Positions 50,519 to 60,500 of a stretch of 64,000 nucleotides of DNA are shown in pieces; the first letter of the stretch is position 1, and the number at the start of each line of letters is the position of its first letter. The position numbers were made by a program, and so were the translations under genes. The notes beneath the pieces were generated by a model that saw only the letters and a program-made list of their open reading frames with translations, did no database searches and was not told the DNA's origin. Origin of the DNA: Deltaproteobacteria bacterium (GTDB lineage Bacteria; JAGRBM01; JAHCIT01); assembly GCA_026129095.1 (NCBI GenBank), contig JAHCIT010000003.1, positions 1 through 64,000 of the forward strand. Reading direction: 5' to 3'.

Positions 50519-52021
50519 ATGAACCAGCCCGATGTTGTGGTCATAGGTTCGGGCTTTGGCGGCTCGATTACCGCCGCCCGGCTCGCCCAAAGGGGGATGC
50601 GCGTTCTCATACTGGAGCGCGGTCCCTGGTGGGGACCGGCAGGTATCGAACGCTCGGAGAGCGAACACCGGCGCGAATTTCCCCGGACGCTCAACGGGCT
50701 CCGCAAGTCCCTCCGGAATATCCGCTGGGCGAGGGGTGGCCGCTCCCGCGAACTCCTGCTGAACCCCGATGGCCTGTACGAATATCATGGCTTCAGGCAC
50801 CTTGATGTCGTGACCGGCAGCGGCGTGGGTGGCGGATCGCTCATCTATACGAGCATCATGGAACAGCCCGAGGACGATTTCTTTGACGCGTTTCCGGCCG
50901 AGATCACTCCGGCCGAGATGCAACCCTATTTCGGAAGGGTGCGGGAGATGCTCCGCCCGCGCCCCATGCCTGACCGGCCGGAGAAGAATGCGGTTTTCGA
51001 GCAGATGGTCCGCAGCAGCGGCGTCGGTGAGGTGAAATATCCGGACGTGGCGATCCAGTGGCGCCAGTCTCCTGATGATGCCGCCTCCACGCATAACGCC
51101 GCCGGGGTCAAGCAGGCTGGCTGTACCCATTGCGGCATGTGCGTTGCGGGGTGCAACGAGCGGGCGAAGACGACAATGGACCTTACCTATCTCCCTGCGG
51201 CACTGGCGGCAGGTGCGGTGATACGCCCGATGTCGGAGGTCATGGCTATCGGCGAGGTGGGACAGGGCTATTTCGTCCGGTATCTGGACCGCATCACCGG
51301 GCAGGAACTGACGGTGAATGCTCATCGTGTTGTGCTTGCGGCCGGTTCCCTGAACACGCTTCGGCTCCTGTTCACCTGCCGGGACCGGCTGGGCACCCTG
51401 CCGCGCCTGCCAGAGTCACTGGGAAGCCATTTCTCGCCCAATACGGACATGGGCGGGCTCGTTTACCGGACGCCGAAAGTGACGAACAGCGCCTATGGTG
51501 CGGCATTCAACTCCTTCGTGCCGGTTCGCAAGAACGGGCGCTACCGGTTTCTGGTAGGCGAAGTGGGTATGCCCACGGCGGAGTTCAAAGTGCCGGGATT
51601 CCTGAAAAAGCGTGTCGAACAGTCGTTGCTGCTTCTCGGTATGGGCCGGGATGCTTCTACCGGAACGGTCCGTTTCGACGGCAAGGGACTGGTTACCGAC
51701 ATGGGCCGTTCGGTGGACCCGGAAATCTTCGCCGAAATGGAGACGGTGATGGGGGAAATCGCCCGCCAGTACGAGCCGGCCCGTTCCGCCGTCAACATTC
51801 CCTCGGGCAGGGGCTCGGAGCGCATATTCACGGTGCACCCGCTGGGCGGGGCATCCATCGCCTCGACACCTGCCGAAGGCGCCACGGACCATCGCGGGCA
51901 GATATTCGGCCATCCAGGCCTTCATGTGGCTGACGGATCGCTGTACCCGAAGGCACCCGGCATTCCGCCATCCTTCACTATCGCAGCCCTCGCCGAACGT
52001 ATCGCCGCACTGATGGACTGA
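50519..52021 (+). CDS. GMC oxidoreductase, cholesterol-oxidase-like
   Basis: VIGSGFGG, ILERG, GSGVGGGSLIY, CTHCGMCVAGC, TVHPLGGA, VADGS, PSFTIAALAER. Confidence 0.85.
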   Translation: MNQPDVVVIGSGFGGSITAARLAQRGMRVLILERGPWWGPAGIERSESEHRREFPRTLNGLRKSLRNIRWARGGRSRELLLNPDGLYEYHGFRHLDVVTGSGVGGGSLIYTSIMEQPEDDFFDAFPAEITPAEMQPYFGRVREMLRPRPMPDRPEKNAVFEQMVRSSGVGEVKYPDVAIQWRQSPDDAASTHNAAGVKQAGCTHCGMCVAGCNERAKTTMDLTYLPAALAAGAVIRPMSEVMAIGEVGQGYFVRYLDRITGQELTVNAHRVVLAAGSLNTLRLLFTCRDRLGTLPRLPESLGSHFSPNTDMGGLVYRTPKVTNSAYGAAFNSFVPVRKNGRYRFLVGEVGMPTAEFKVPGFLKKRVEQSLLLLGMGRDASTGTVRFDGKGLVTDMGRSVDPEIFAEMETVMGEIARQYEPARSAVNIPSGRGSERIFTVHPLGGASIASTPAEGATDHRGQIFGHPGLHVADGSLYPKAPGIPPSFTIAALAERIAALMD

Positions 52022-52024
52022 TAC

Positions 52025-53245
52025 ATGAAGCTCGATCCCATCGCGCTCGCCATCCCGTTTTTCTTCCTGCTGATCGGCATCGAGATTGTGGTCATGCGGC
52101 GCCAGGGCCGGAGGCTGTACCGGTTCGCCGATACCATCGCCTGCCTGAGCTGCGGCATCGGCTCCGAAGTCGTGAGGATATTCCTGGGACTTGCGGGGCT
52201 TCTGGCCTATTCATGGGTCTACGGGAATTTCCGGCTGCTTGACCTCGCGTCCTATCCGGTGGCCGCCTGGGTGATCGGCTTTATCGGGGTGGATTTCTTC
52301 TACTACTGGTTTCACCGCCTGAGCCACGAGATCAATGTGCTTTGGGCCATGCATGTGGTCCATCACCAGAGCCAGGACTACAACCTTGCCGTCGCCCTGC
52401 GGCAGTCCTGGTTCCAGGGGTTTGCCGCGACACCGATCTACTTCCCGCTGGCCCTGATCGGCGTTCCCCCGCTGGTTTTCGCCGGCTGTGCGGCGGCAAG
52501 CCTTTTGTACCAGTTCTGGATCCATACACGGACGATCGGGCGCCTGCCGGGCTGGTACGAAGCGGTAATGAACACCCCTTCGCACCACCGGGTCCATCAC
52601 GGCATCAACCCGGAATACATCGACCGCAACCATGCGGGTGTATTCATCGTCTGGGACAAGCTTTTCGGAACTTTCGAGCCTGAAGGGGCGGAGCCTGTCT
52701 ATGGCACGGTGAAGCCGTACGCGAGCTGGAACCCCGTGTGGGCGAATTTCGACTACTGGCGGGATCTGCGGGACCGGAGCCGGAAGATCAGCCGGCTTGC
52801 CGACCGGCTTCATCTGTGGTTCGCGGACCCGGCCTGGCAACCGGCCGAACTGGGCGGCCCGCAACCGGCCCCGCCGGTCGAGGCGAGCCGGTTTGTGAAA
52901 TGGGATACGCAGTTTCCGCACCGCTACAAGGCCTATATCAACTTCCACTTTGTGAGCGTCGGGCTGGGCCTGACACTGATGCTGCTATTCCGGGAAGTGC
53001 TCGGCTGGGCCGCCGTGTCGGTAATTTCACTTCTCGTCGTCGTGACAACGGCGGTTTGGGGCGGCCTGATGGAAGATAAAAGCTGGGCCCGCCCGGTGGA
53101 GTGGTTCCGGCTCGCAGCAATCGGGGCGGTTGCCACCGGCGCACTGTTCATGGGCTATCCGGCGGCGATGGCCGCCGGACTGGGGCTGGTGGCGCTGGCC
53201 GGGATGATCTGGTTCCCCCGTCTGTCAGCGGCGGGTATCCGGTAA
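52025..53245 (+). CDS. Sterol desaturase / alkylglycerol monooxygenase-like di-iron membrane enzyme
   Basis: His boxes YYWFHRLSHE, HVVHHQS, QFWIHT, TPSHHRVHHG, plus WDKLFGTF. Confidence 0.88.
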   Translation: MKLDPIALAIPFFFLLIGIEIVVMRRQGRRLYRFADTIACLSCGIGSEVVRIFLGLAGLLAYSWVYGNFRLLDLASYPVAAWVIGFIGVDFFYYWFHRLSHEINVLWAMHVVHHQSQDYNLAVALRQSWFQGFAATPIYFPLALIGVPPLVFAGCAAASLLYQFWIHTRTIGRLPGWYEAVMNTPSHHRVHHGINPEYIDRNHAGVFIVWDKLFGTFEPEGAEPVYGTVKPYASWNPVWANFDYWRDLRDRSRKISRLADRLHLWFADPAWQPAELGGPQPAPPVEASRFVKWDTQFPHRYKAYINFHFVSVGLGLTLMLLFREVLGWAAVSVISLLVVVTTAVWGGLMEDKSWARPVEWFRLAAIGAVATGALFMGYPAAMAAGLGLVALAGMIWFPRLSAAGIR

Positions 53246-53267
53246 TCTGTCTGTCTGGACCTGGCAG

Positions 53268-53693
53268 CTAGATATCCATCAGCCCGAACTTCCGGAGCTT
53301 GGTGGAAAGTGTGCTTTGAGGAATCCCAAGCGCCTCTGCCGCATCGCCTTTCTTGCGGTGCAGTGTCAGGGCTCGCTGGATCAGTTCCTTCTCGGTCATT
53401 TCCAGATGTTCGGGAAGCGATAGCCCCTCCTGGACCTGGACCGGTTGCGCCTTCAGGTCACGCAGGGCAAGCTCGGCATGCGCCAGTTCGGTAACCACTG
53501 TGGGCGTCAGCGCCTCGTGCTGCTCAACGAGCCAGTTGACAAACCCCTTGGCAATGGACGGGTCGACCATGCAGGTCGGCGCAATGCGCGAAAGCGTCTG
53601 GAACAGATCCTGGACACGGTTCGCTGGAATACTGAACTTCGATATCGAAACCATCTGGTTAAAGCTGGTTTCAAGCTGGTGATCGGTGATCAT
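53268..53693 (-). CDS. Small protein with a C-terminal Fis-type HTH
   Basis: LPEHLEMTEKELIQRAL...KGDAAEALGIPQSTLSTKLRKFGL. AAGGTG SD before the ATG. Confidence 0.75.
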   Translation of the reverse strand: MITDHQLETSFNQMVSISKFSIPANRVQDLFQTLSRIAPTCMVDPSIAKGFVNWLVEQHEALTPTVVTELAHAELALRDLKAQPVQVQEGLSLPEHLEMTEKELIQRALTLHRKKGDAAEALGIPQSTLSTKLRKFGLMDI

Positions 53694-54016
53694 CTGTACA
53701 CCTTTTCCGGATCAAATATGTCAGGTCCGGCATTATTTCGGATGCCTGGAGGCCGACCGTGCTGGTATCTGGTTCCCCGGCTCGAAATCATTGCCGGACG
53801 GAAAGATAGCAGGACGTAGGGTCTCCGGAAAGCATGAAGCCCCAAAATAGCATGCCATGTGCATTTTTCGGGGAATGGTGGCTTTCTCCTTATCAGAGAA
53901 CGCCTTGTGAGAACATCTTGCCGCATCATTTCGAACCATTGGGTGCACTGTTTTAATGGACGAGATTTATCTTTCTTGGGTCGAGGACGAGATGACGATT
54001 TTGCATGTGTCCCATC

Positions 54017-57000
54017 TCACGTTTCGTCTCCGAGCCACGTCGAAACCTTGACGAACCGGTAGCCGCGGTCGCGCCATTCGTCGATCAGGCGCGGAAGATG
54101 AAGACCGACCGAATCGTCGATCGGCCTGCGTGTACCTAGATGCATCAGGACGATCCCCCCGTTTACCCCTGCTTTCGACTGCCGTTCGAAGTCGAGCAAC
54201 CGGTCGATGATCTTGGCGCCCGGCTGGTAGTTGCGGTCACTCCGGTTGATCACCCAGTCCAGCGAATCGAGCGTCAGGCTTCGCGTGTAGTCGCGGGTCC
54301 ATCCGACATGCCGGTAGCCGAGTTCGTGCGCCCAGCGGAGAATCTGGGCGTTTACTTCGCCGTACGGGGCCCTCCAGATTTTCGCCATCTGCACGCCGGT
54401 GATCTCCTCGAATCTGGCTTCGGGCCGGAGAAGCTCCTCGTTGAACCACTCTCGGGTGACTTCCGGGCGTGTGTCATGGCGGTTGTTCTGTTCGTAGGTG
54501 GTGAGGTGGGGATGTGTCTGGGTGTGGTTGCCCACCTCATGCCCGTCCTGGACCATCTGGCGGACGAGTCCGGGGTTTTCATCCATGAATTTGCCCGTGA
54601 GAAAGATGGTGGTCTGGATCCGTTTCTGCCGGAGCGTATCGAGAATGACCTCGGCCCCCTCGGCGCTGTCACCGTCGAAAGTAAGGCCGATCTCACGCCG
54701 GTCGGTGGGACCGCGTTCGATATTCAACTCCCGGATGGCCGGGCGGGGTGGGGTGAGCCTGGCAGCGGCAGCGGGGGGGTGCCGTATGATCTCGCCGGTT
54801 ACGGGCGGCGAAAACCCCTTGCCAGGGGTAAACGACCACAGTTCGAAACGGTGCGTACCCGTTTCCGCCGGAATCCGGTCGAAGAGAAACTTCCCGCCCC
54901 GGACAGGGACGGCGGCGAAGAATATCCCGTCAAGGTGAATGACGGCGCCTCCGGCCTGTTCGGCACGCCCAGCGATCGATACCGTGTCAGCTTGGGTCTG
55001 GACCGGAATGGGAATGTCGAGGACCGGAGCCGGGAGCGAGGCGGCCACCGCCCCCGGTGTGAACAGGTCGGCCTGGCCGGGAGCGAGCAGGGCGAGCCGC
55101 TCCTCGATACGGGACTGCCGCCAGAGCAGGGCCGTCAGGCCCGCGAGGACCAGGATTGTGATCGCTGCGGCAGCCACCCAGAGCTTCTGGTCGCCTGGAA
55201 CGGGCTGCCGTGGCTGCTGACCGCTGCCTGCGCCGAGTGATTTTTCAATACGATGAAGAACGCCGATCACCTTGGAACTGGCGTCTCCGGCCGGTTCCGC
55301 AGGGACGGACCGGCTCCGGGAAATAGTTTCCACGGCCGCAAGCACGGACTGGATATGCTGTTCCTGCCGCTGGAGCCGCCTTTCGATGTCGTCCTGCAGT
55401 TTTTTCAGATGACCGGTGGAGTCGCTCCGGGCGGCAAGGGCAGCAAGATCAGCCTTGTAATGGGCCTGTCCGGACTGGATTTCCGCCTTGAGGGTATCGA
55501 GCGATTCCCAAAGCCGCCTTTCCCGGTCCTCGCCGTGCTGCGGTGACGGCTGACTGGCCAGCTTTCCCTCGATACGGGTGAGCAGGTTCGCCAGTTCTGC
55601 CGTGCGGCCGCTTTCGGCGAGCACCTTGCGGACGGCGGTGTCGAACGACCGCGAGAGACTCACGGTTTCCGCACGCAGGGCGGCGAGTTCGCTCCGTACA
55701 GCATCGTCGCCGGCAGGAGCCTGGCCATTGGCAGCAGCAGATGATGCCGATGGACCCAGGGCCGCTTCCAGTGACCGGATGCGTGTCCGGTGGCTTTCAA
55801 GAAGCTGCTCGTAACGCCGGACTTCCTCGCTCTGGTTGCCCACCAGTTCCGAGAGGAACTTCTCCCGTTCGCCCAGAAGCTGTTCCAGGCGGGTAATTTC
55901 CTGCGTGCGGTCTTCATGGACCTGGGCTAGCCGCCGGAGCTGCTCCTCGACGGATGCGACTCCGGTTTCGATACGTTCGGAAAGATGCCTGGAAGCCTGT
56001 TCGCGCAGGGCGCTGAGTTCGCTCCGGGCCGCTTCGGCTTCGCCGAGCGCACGGGCCAGTTCACCTTCGCGGCCTTCCAGAAGTGCTGCGAGCCGTTCCC
56101 GCTCGGACAGTAGGTGCGAAGCCTCGGCCCGGAGTGTCGCCGCCATGCTGTCCAGTTCGGCGATCCGGCCCTCCCGGCGTGCCAGTTCGCCTGCGGTTTC
56201 TGCACGATCCTGTTCAACGGCGGTGGAGAGTTCGGCTGCCCTCGCCTCGAAATGCCGGGCCCGCTCCTGCGCCCCCGAAAGGCTTGCCTGCAAGCGGGCA
56301 ATCTCGGCATTCAGTTCGGCCGCCTGCCGGGCAGCGGCATCGAGCGCCGCAATGCGCTCCCGGCGTTCGGACTCCAGTTCCTGTGACAAGGTGGAAATCC
56401 GCTGCTGAAGCCCGTCTGCCTCGGCGGCGGAAGAGGCAAGGCGGGCCTCAAGGGAGGCAAGCCTCTCATGGGCGGTGCGAAGGGCGGCTTCGCCGGAATC
56501 AATCCGGCGGCGGGCCTCCATCCGCTCGGCAGCAGCAGTGCGGGCGAGTCCGGCCAGTGCCCGTTCCCGTTCGGCAAGCTGCGTGCCGGCTGCCGAAAGA
56601 AGGCCGTCGAGACGGCTGACTTCGCGTTCCAGCCGGATCGCGGTCTGCTGGTGGGTTTCGCGGGCGGCGGCCGCCTGTTCCAGTTCACCCGCGAGCCGGG
56701 CCCCGTCTGCACGCTGGAGGGATATCTCCTCCCGGAGGGCTGATATCTGCTGTTCCAGCCGGGTGGCCGCGTCGCGGCTGGCGGCCAGCTCGGCGCCCAG
56801 TTTTTCCCGTGCGCCTGTCAGCGTCGTGATCTCGCGGTGGAACTGCTCTGCCGCCGTCGCTGACTGGGCTGTTGCTTCCCTGAACCGGGCTTCACTGGCG
56901 GCAAGCTGATCTGTGGCAGCGGCCAGTTCCCGGGACTTTTCGTCGCGGGCCGAGATGGCTGCGGCCCGTTCGCCAGCGAGCTGTTCGATCTCCTGGCTAC

Positions 57001-57157
57001 GTCCCGCCAGTTCCGACTGGAGCTGCCCGATCATTGCCAGGGCTTCGGCCCGTTCCCGGGAAGACTCGCGGGCGAGCCGGGCAAGAAGTTCTTCGCGCCC
57101 GGCCAGTAGCCTGGCGAGGCGGTCGATTTCTTCGTGAGTCCGGTCGTTATCGGTCAT
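54017..57157 (-). CDS. Long coiled-coil, TM, Ig-like and polysaccharide deacetylase (CE4/NodB) fusion
   Basis: About 650 aa of heptad-rich E/R/A/L sequence, TM LWVAAAAITILVLAGLTALLW, CE4 motifs LTFDGD, GNHTQTHPHL, WRAPYGE, DSLDW, IVLMH. Confidence 0.85.
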   Translation of the reverse strand: MTDNDRTHEEIDRLARLLAGREELLARLARESSRERAEALAMIGQLQSELAGRSQEIEQLAGERAAAISARDEKSRELAAATDQLAASEARFREATAQSATAAEQFHREITTLTGAREKLGAELAASRDAATRLEQQISALREEISLQRADGARLAGELEQAAAARETHQQTAIRLEREVSRLDGLLSAAGTQLAERERALAGLARTAAAERMEARRRIDSGEAALRTAHERLASLEARLASSAAEADGLQQRISTLSQELESERRERIAALDAAARQAAELNAEIARLQASLSGAQERARHFEARAAELSTAVEQDRAETAGELARREGRIAELDSMAATLRAEASHLLSERERLAALLEGREGELARALGEAEAARSELSALREQASRHLSERIETGVASVEEQLRRLAQVHEDRTQEITRLEQLLGEREKFLSELVGNQSEEVRRYEQLLESHRTRIRSLEAALGPSASSAAANGQAPAGDDAVRSELAALRAETVSLSRSFDTAVRKVLAESGRTAELANLLTRIEGKLASQPSPQHGEDRERRLWESLDTLKAEIQSGQAHYKADLAALAARSDSTGHLKKLQDDIERRLQRQEQHIQSVLAAVETISRSRSVPAEPAGDASSKVIGVLHRIEKSLGAGSGQQPRQPVPGDQKLWVAAAAITILVLAGLTALLWRQSRIEERLALLAPGQADLFTPGAVAASLPAPVLDIPIPVQTQADTVSIAGRAEQAGGAVIHLDGIFFAAVPVRGGKFLFDRIPAETGTHRFELWSFTPGKGFSPPVTGEIIRHPPAAAARLTPPRPAIRELNIERGPTDRREIGLTFDGDSAEGAEVILDTLRQKRIQTTIFLTGKFMDENPGLVRQMVQDGHEVGNHTQTHPHLTTYEQNNRHDTRPEVTREWFNEELLRPEARFEEITGVQMAKIWRAPYGEVNAQILRWAHELGYRHVGWTRDYTRSLTLDSLDWVINRSDRNYQPGAKIIDRLLDFERQSKAGVNGGIVLMHLGTRRPIDDSVGLHLPRLIDEWRDRGYRFVKVSTWLGDET

Positions 57158-57593
57158 GGATGGATGTGGGCCTGGTATGGCCCCTGATTTCCTTAACTAT
57201 CCAAATCTGCAAAAACAGTATGATTCCTCGGTAAGGTGGCCGCAATTAGACACCATCGCCTCTGACTCACCGCGTTGGCCGTTTGTCTTGGAAAAGTGAT
57301 TTAAATCCTTTAAATGCTTGAACAATTCGCGTGTAATCATTCGTAACGGTGTTACCTGCTTTGGTTATGGGGGACCATAATAGTGACCATGGGTAACTTT
57401 CCGAAGGTGCGAAGCGGCACAGGTTCCTGGCAGAACTTCGCACGGTAGACGCCGGAATGCGTCCGGAACGGTAAATGGGGCTCAAAGGCCGGTCAGGATT
57501 TTCCGGCCGGGTCTTTGCAGGCTGCTGGTATTCAGGCGTGAAACCAGAACAGTTGAGCAGGAAATCAGGTTTCTTTTTCAGGGAGAGTGTCCG

Positions 57594-60500
57594 ATGTCAG
57601 TAATCAGTATTCAATGCAGGCATGCAACGCCGGTTGCGGTGCTGGCGAACCTGTTGAGGCGGTTCGGGCTGGCCGCAACCGCCGCAGTCTGGGTACTCGC
57701 CGGCTGCGGCGGCGGAGGCGGGACAACCACCCAAACGGTAACCAGGACAGTGACGCGTGACGTACCGCGCAATGTGGTTTTTGGACTCACCACGACGCCC
57801 GCAGTTCACACCTGCACCGGGCCGACCAGCACCTGCATAGCCAATGGCCTCGACCAGTACCAGATATCTGTGACCGTTTCGGTTGATGGCGACGCCCCCG
57901 GAACGCAGGCGCCAGTGGCGCTGATCGTGACAGCACCCGAAGGAGCCCGCATCCACACGGATTCGGCGGCGGGCGCTCCCGGCTACCAGCAGACGACGGT
58001 CGCCGTCATTCCGGATGGACCGGCGACGATCGTTTATGTCCGCGCCACGTCGAATGGAACCTATACGGTCGAGTTCTCCCACCCCGATGCGGACAACCCC
58101 AATCTGGGCACGCTGGTCCGGATGGTTCCCGATCTCGCCTTCATTGCCGATCCCAATGTCCCGGTCGAGGTGGAGTTCTTCGAGGCGCTTGGTTTCGTGC
58201 CGGCCTTCGGCGGCACCACCACGGTCAAGGCGCGTCTCAAGAACGGCGAGGGCGACGTGATTACCGGCGCTGCGGCAGGACTGTTCCAGATCGCATTCAC
58301 GTCAGTCACCGATCCGCTTGGATATTTCGATCCAGCTAATGGGATAGCCGTTCCATCCACGGCAGACGGAGTTGCAGAAGTCCAGTTTGGTACACTCGCA
58401 ACCTATCCCGACGGCGGAACCATCACGTTGCGAGCCTCGCTGGTGGGGACGGCCCTGCACAATGACCGGCAGGTGACGATATTCGAGAACCTCGGTGCGC
58501 CGATCTATGCTGAATATGGCGTGATCTCGCGGGTAGCTGGTTCGCTTAACCCTCCGGCTCCGGCCCCTCCGGCCCTCCTTCCCCCTTCTCTCTCCTATCT
58601 GGCCAATGCTCCCGGCGGACTGGATGGATTTACCGGCAAGGATCTGAACCGCGCCGATACGTTCAGGCTGCAGGTCCGGGTTGTGACGGCGGACGAGTTC
58701 GCCCAGGGCGTGTCGTGCAACGCCCTCACGCCGGGCGAAGGAAATGTCGTCTGCATGCCTGGCAATGTTAACATGCAGATCGACTGCCTCGCCAACGACG
58801 AACTGGTCGCCGCTGCGGCCTGCCAGTTCTCCGCCAATCCCGACGGACCATGGCAAGCCAGTCTAACCATCAACTGTGGCGATGGAGATCCGAATACTAC
58901 TGATACCTGTATCGGGGAGGTGTATCTCAAGATCGTATCCAATTCGGTCAAGGCCCGTTCTGCCAGCGGGTTTACCAAGATATTCCCGAGCCTGCGCGTC
59001 CAAACCATCGGTTCCATCTCGACAATCCCGACCCTGAACCGCCGGTACGATGACCAGGCGGCTGTGACGCCTACAAACCCGACATGGAATTCGAGGACAT
59101 TCGCTGGTGTCAGCGTGGCGGGCGAGGAAAATCGTCTCCGGCTTCGCCCGGATATCTTGCTGCCGTTCATGGTGAAATGGGTCGAGCCGGTGACAGCCAG
59201 TGCGCCCACGGGCGGCTGCCAGATCATCCAGGGCGGCACGGGCAACCAGCGGATCGTCAAATGCACGGAAGATCCGTCCAAATATGCGTCGGTCTGCTTC
59301 GGCGAAGGGGCGGCGAACTTCAATCAGGGAACCTGTTCCTTTGAAATCCTGAACAACCGCTGCTCGCCGACTGAAGTGTTCCGGAGCGGCGTATGCACGG
59401 GCGGGGCCGGTGACGTGCCCCGCATTCCGCTCCGGCTGGAACTGCTGCCCTCCACCTGCCGTTCGGTGGCGGATCTGACGGACAATCCGGGTGACTGCTA
59501 CCGGCAGGTACTGACCGAGGGCGGACTGCCGTCGAAGGTCAAGCTCGATTTCACCTATCTGGGACTGCAGGCGCAGCCGCCCTATGTCGTCCGTTCGGCG
59601 GGGCTGTTCCACAACTCCTCGGTTGCCGTGGGCGGCCAGGACAACATCAACATTGCTGAAGATATCGCGGCGGGATGGTTCCCGCTGGACAACGACATCG
59701 CGGAGTCCGGTTCGACGTTCCTGCTCCCGCCGCTGGTCAGCTCGACACCTGCGAATCCCTACCGTGTCCGGCTGGAGGTGGAGCCGGTTTCCTCCGGCAC
59801 GACGGGGCTGAACAAGGAAGAGCAGAACGTGATCGTCAACCCCGGCTGCTTCGCGCCGGCATCTGTGACCTGCACCCGGACCACGACGGCCGGAGGCCCT
59901 GCCTGCCTTCAGCCACCGGCTAACCGGATTCAGGCGAACAACAACGCGGACAATGCCAGTTGCGCCCGCTTCTCATGTGAAGTCAAAACCTTCGGCCAGC
60001 TTTTTCCCGATACGGCGGTGGATAGCCAGGTGATGTGCCCCGCGGCGAGCGGGCCGTATGTCCTTCCGGATGACGCCAACTACCAGATACGTTTTATTGA
60101 CGTGGGCCGGACGGTGGCCGGTGACGAGCCGGTGGGTGATCCCGATGGGCAGGAGATAGACGCTGATGGAGGCGCCGGGGAATCGAATGGTGTCGAGGTC
60201 CAGTTCTCGGAGTCGGGATCATTCCCGGCATCCAACAACTTCACAGCCCAGAACCAGACGGTCAATGTCGTTGGCGGGTTTGCCCATGTCTATGCCCGCG
60301 TCCGGAGCACCAGCCGGGCCAATGACCAGACAGCGAACATGATCGCCCGGCTGCGTTACACGGGTGGCAGCATCCAGCCAGCCACGCTGCTGCAGCAGCA
60401 GTTCAGCATGATCGTGAATCCGGACGGGACGCTGCCCGGCCAGGTGACGATCACGTTCCACCGGCCGAGCGAAGTCGTCGCGGGAACAGTCAACACGGAC

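Noticed and set aside
53842-53860. Sigma54 promoter (TGGCATG...) on the - strand upstream of the Fis-HTH gene
   Set aside because: The -24 element is present, but there is no GC at the -12 position (TTTG instead of TTGC).
55200-57157. SMC or phage tape-measure protein
   Set aside because: There are no Walker motifs or phage genes, and the coiled coil is continuous with a TM and a CE4 domain.
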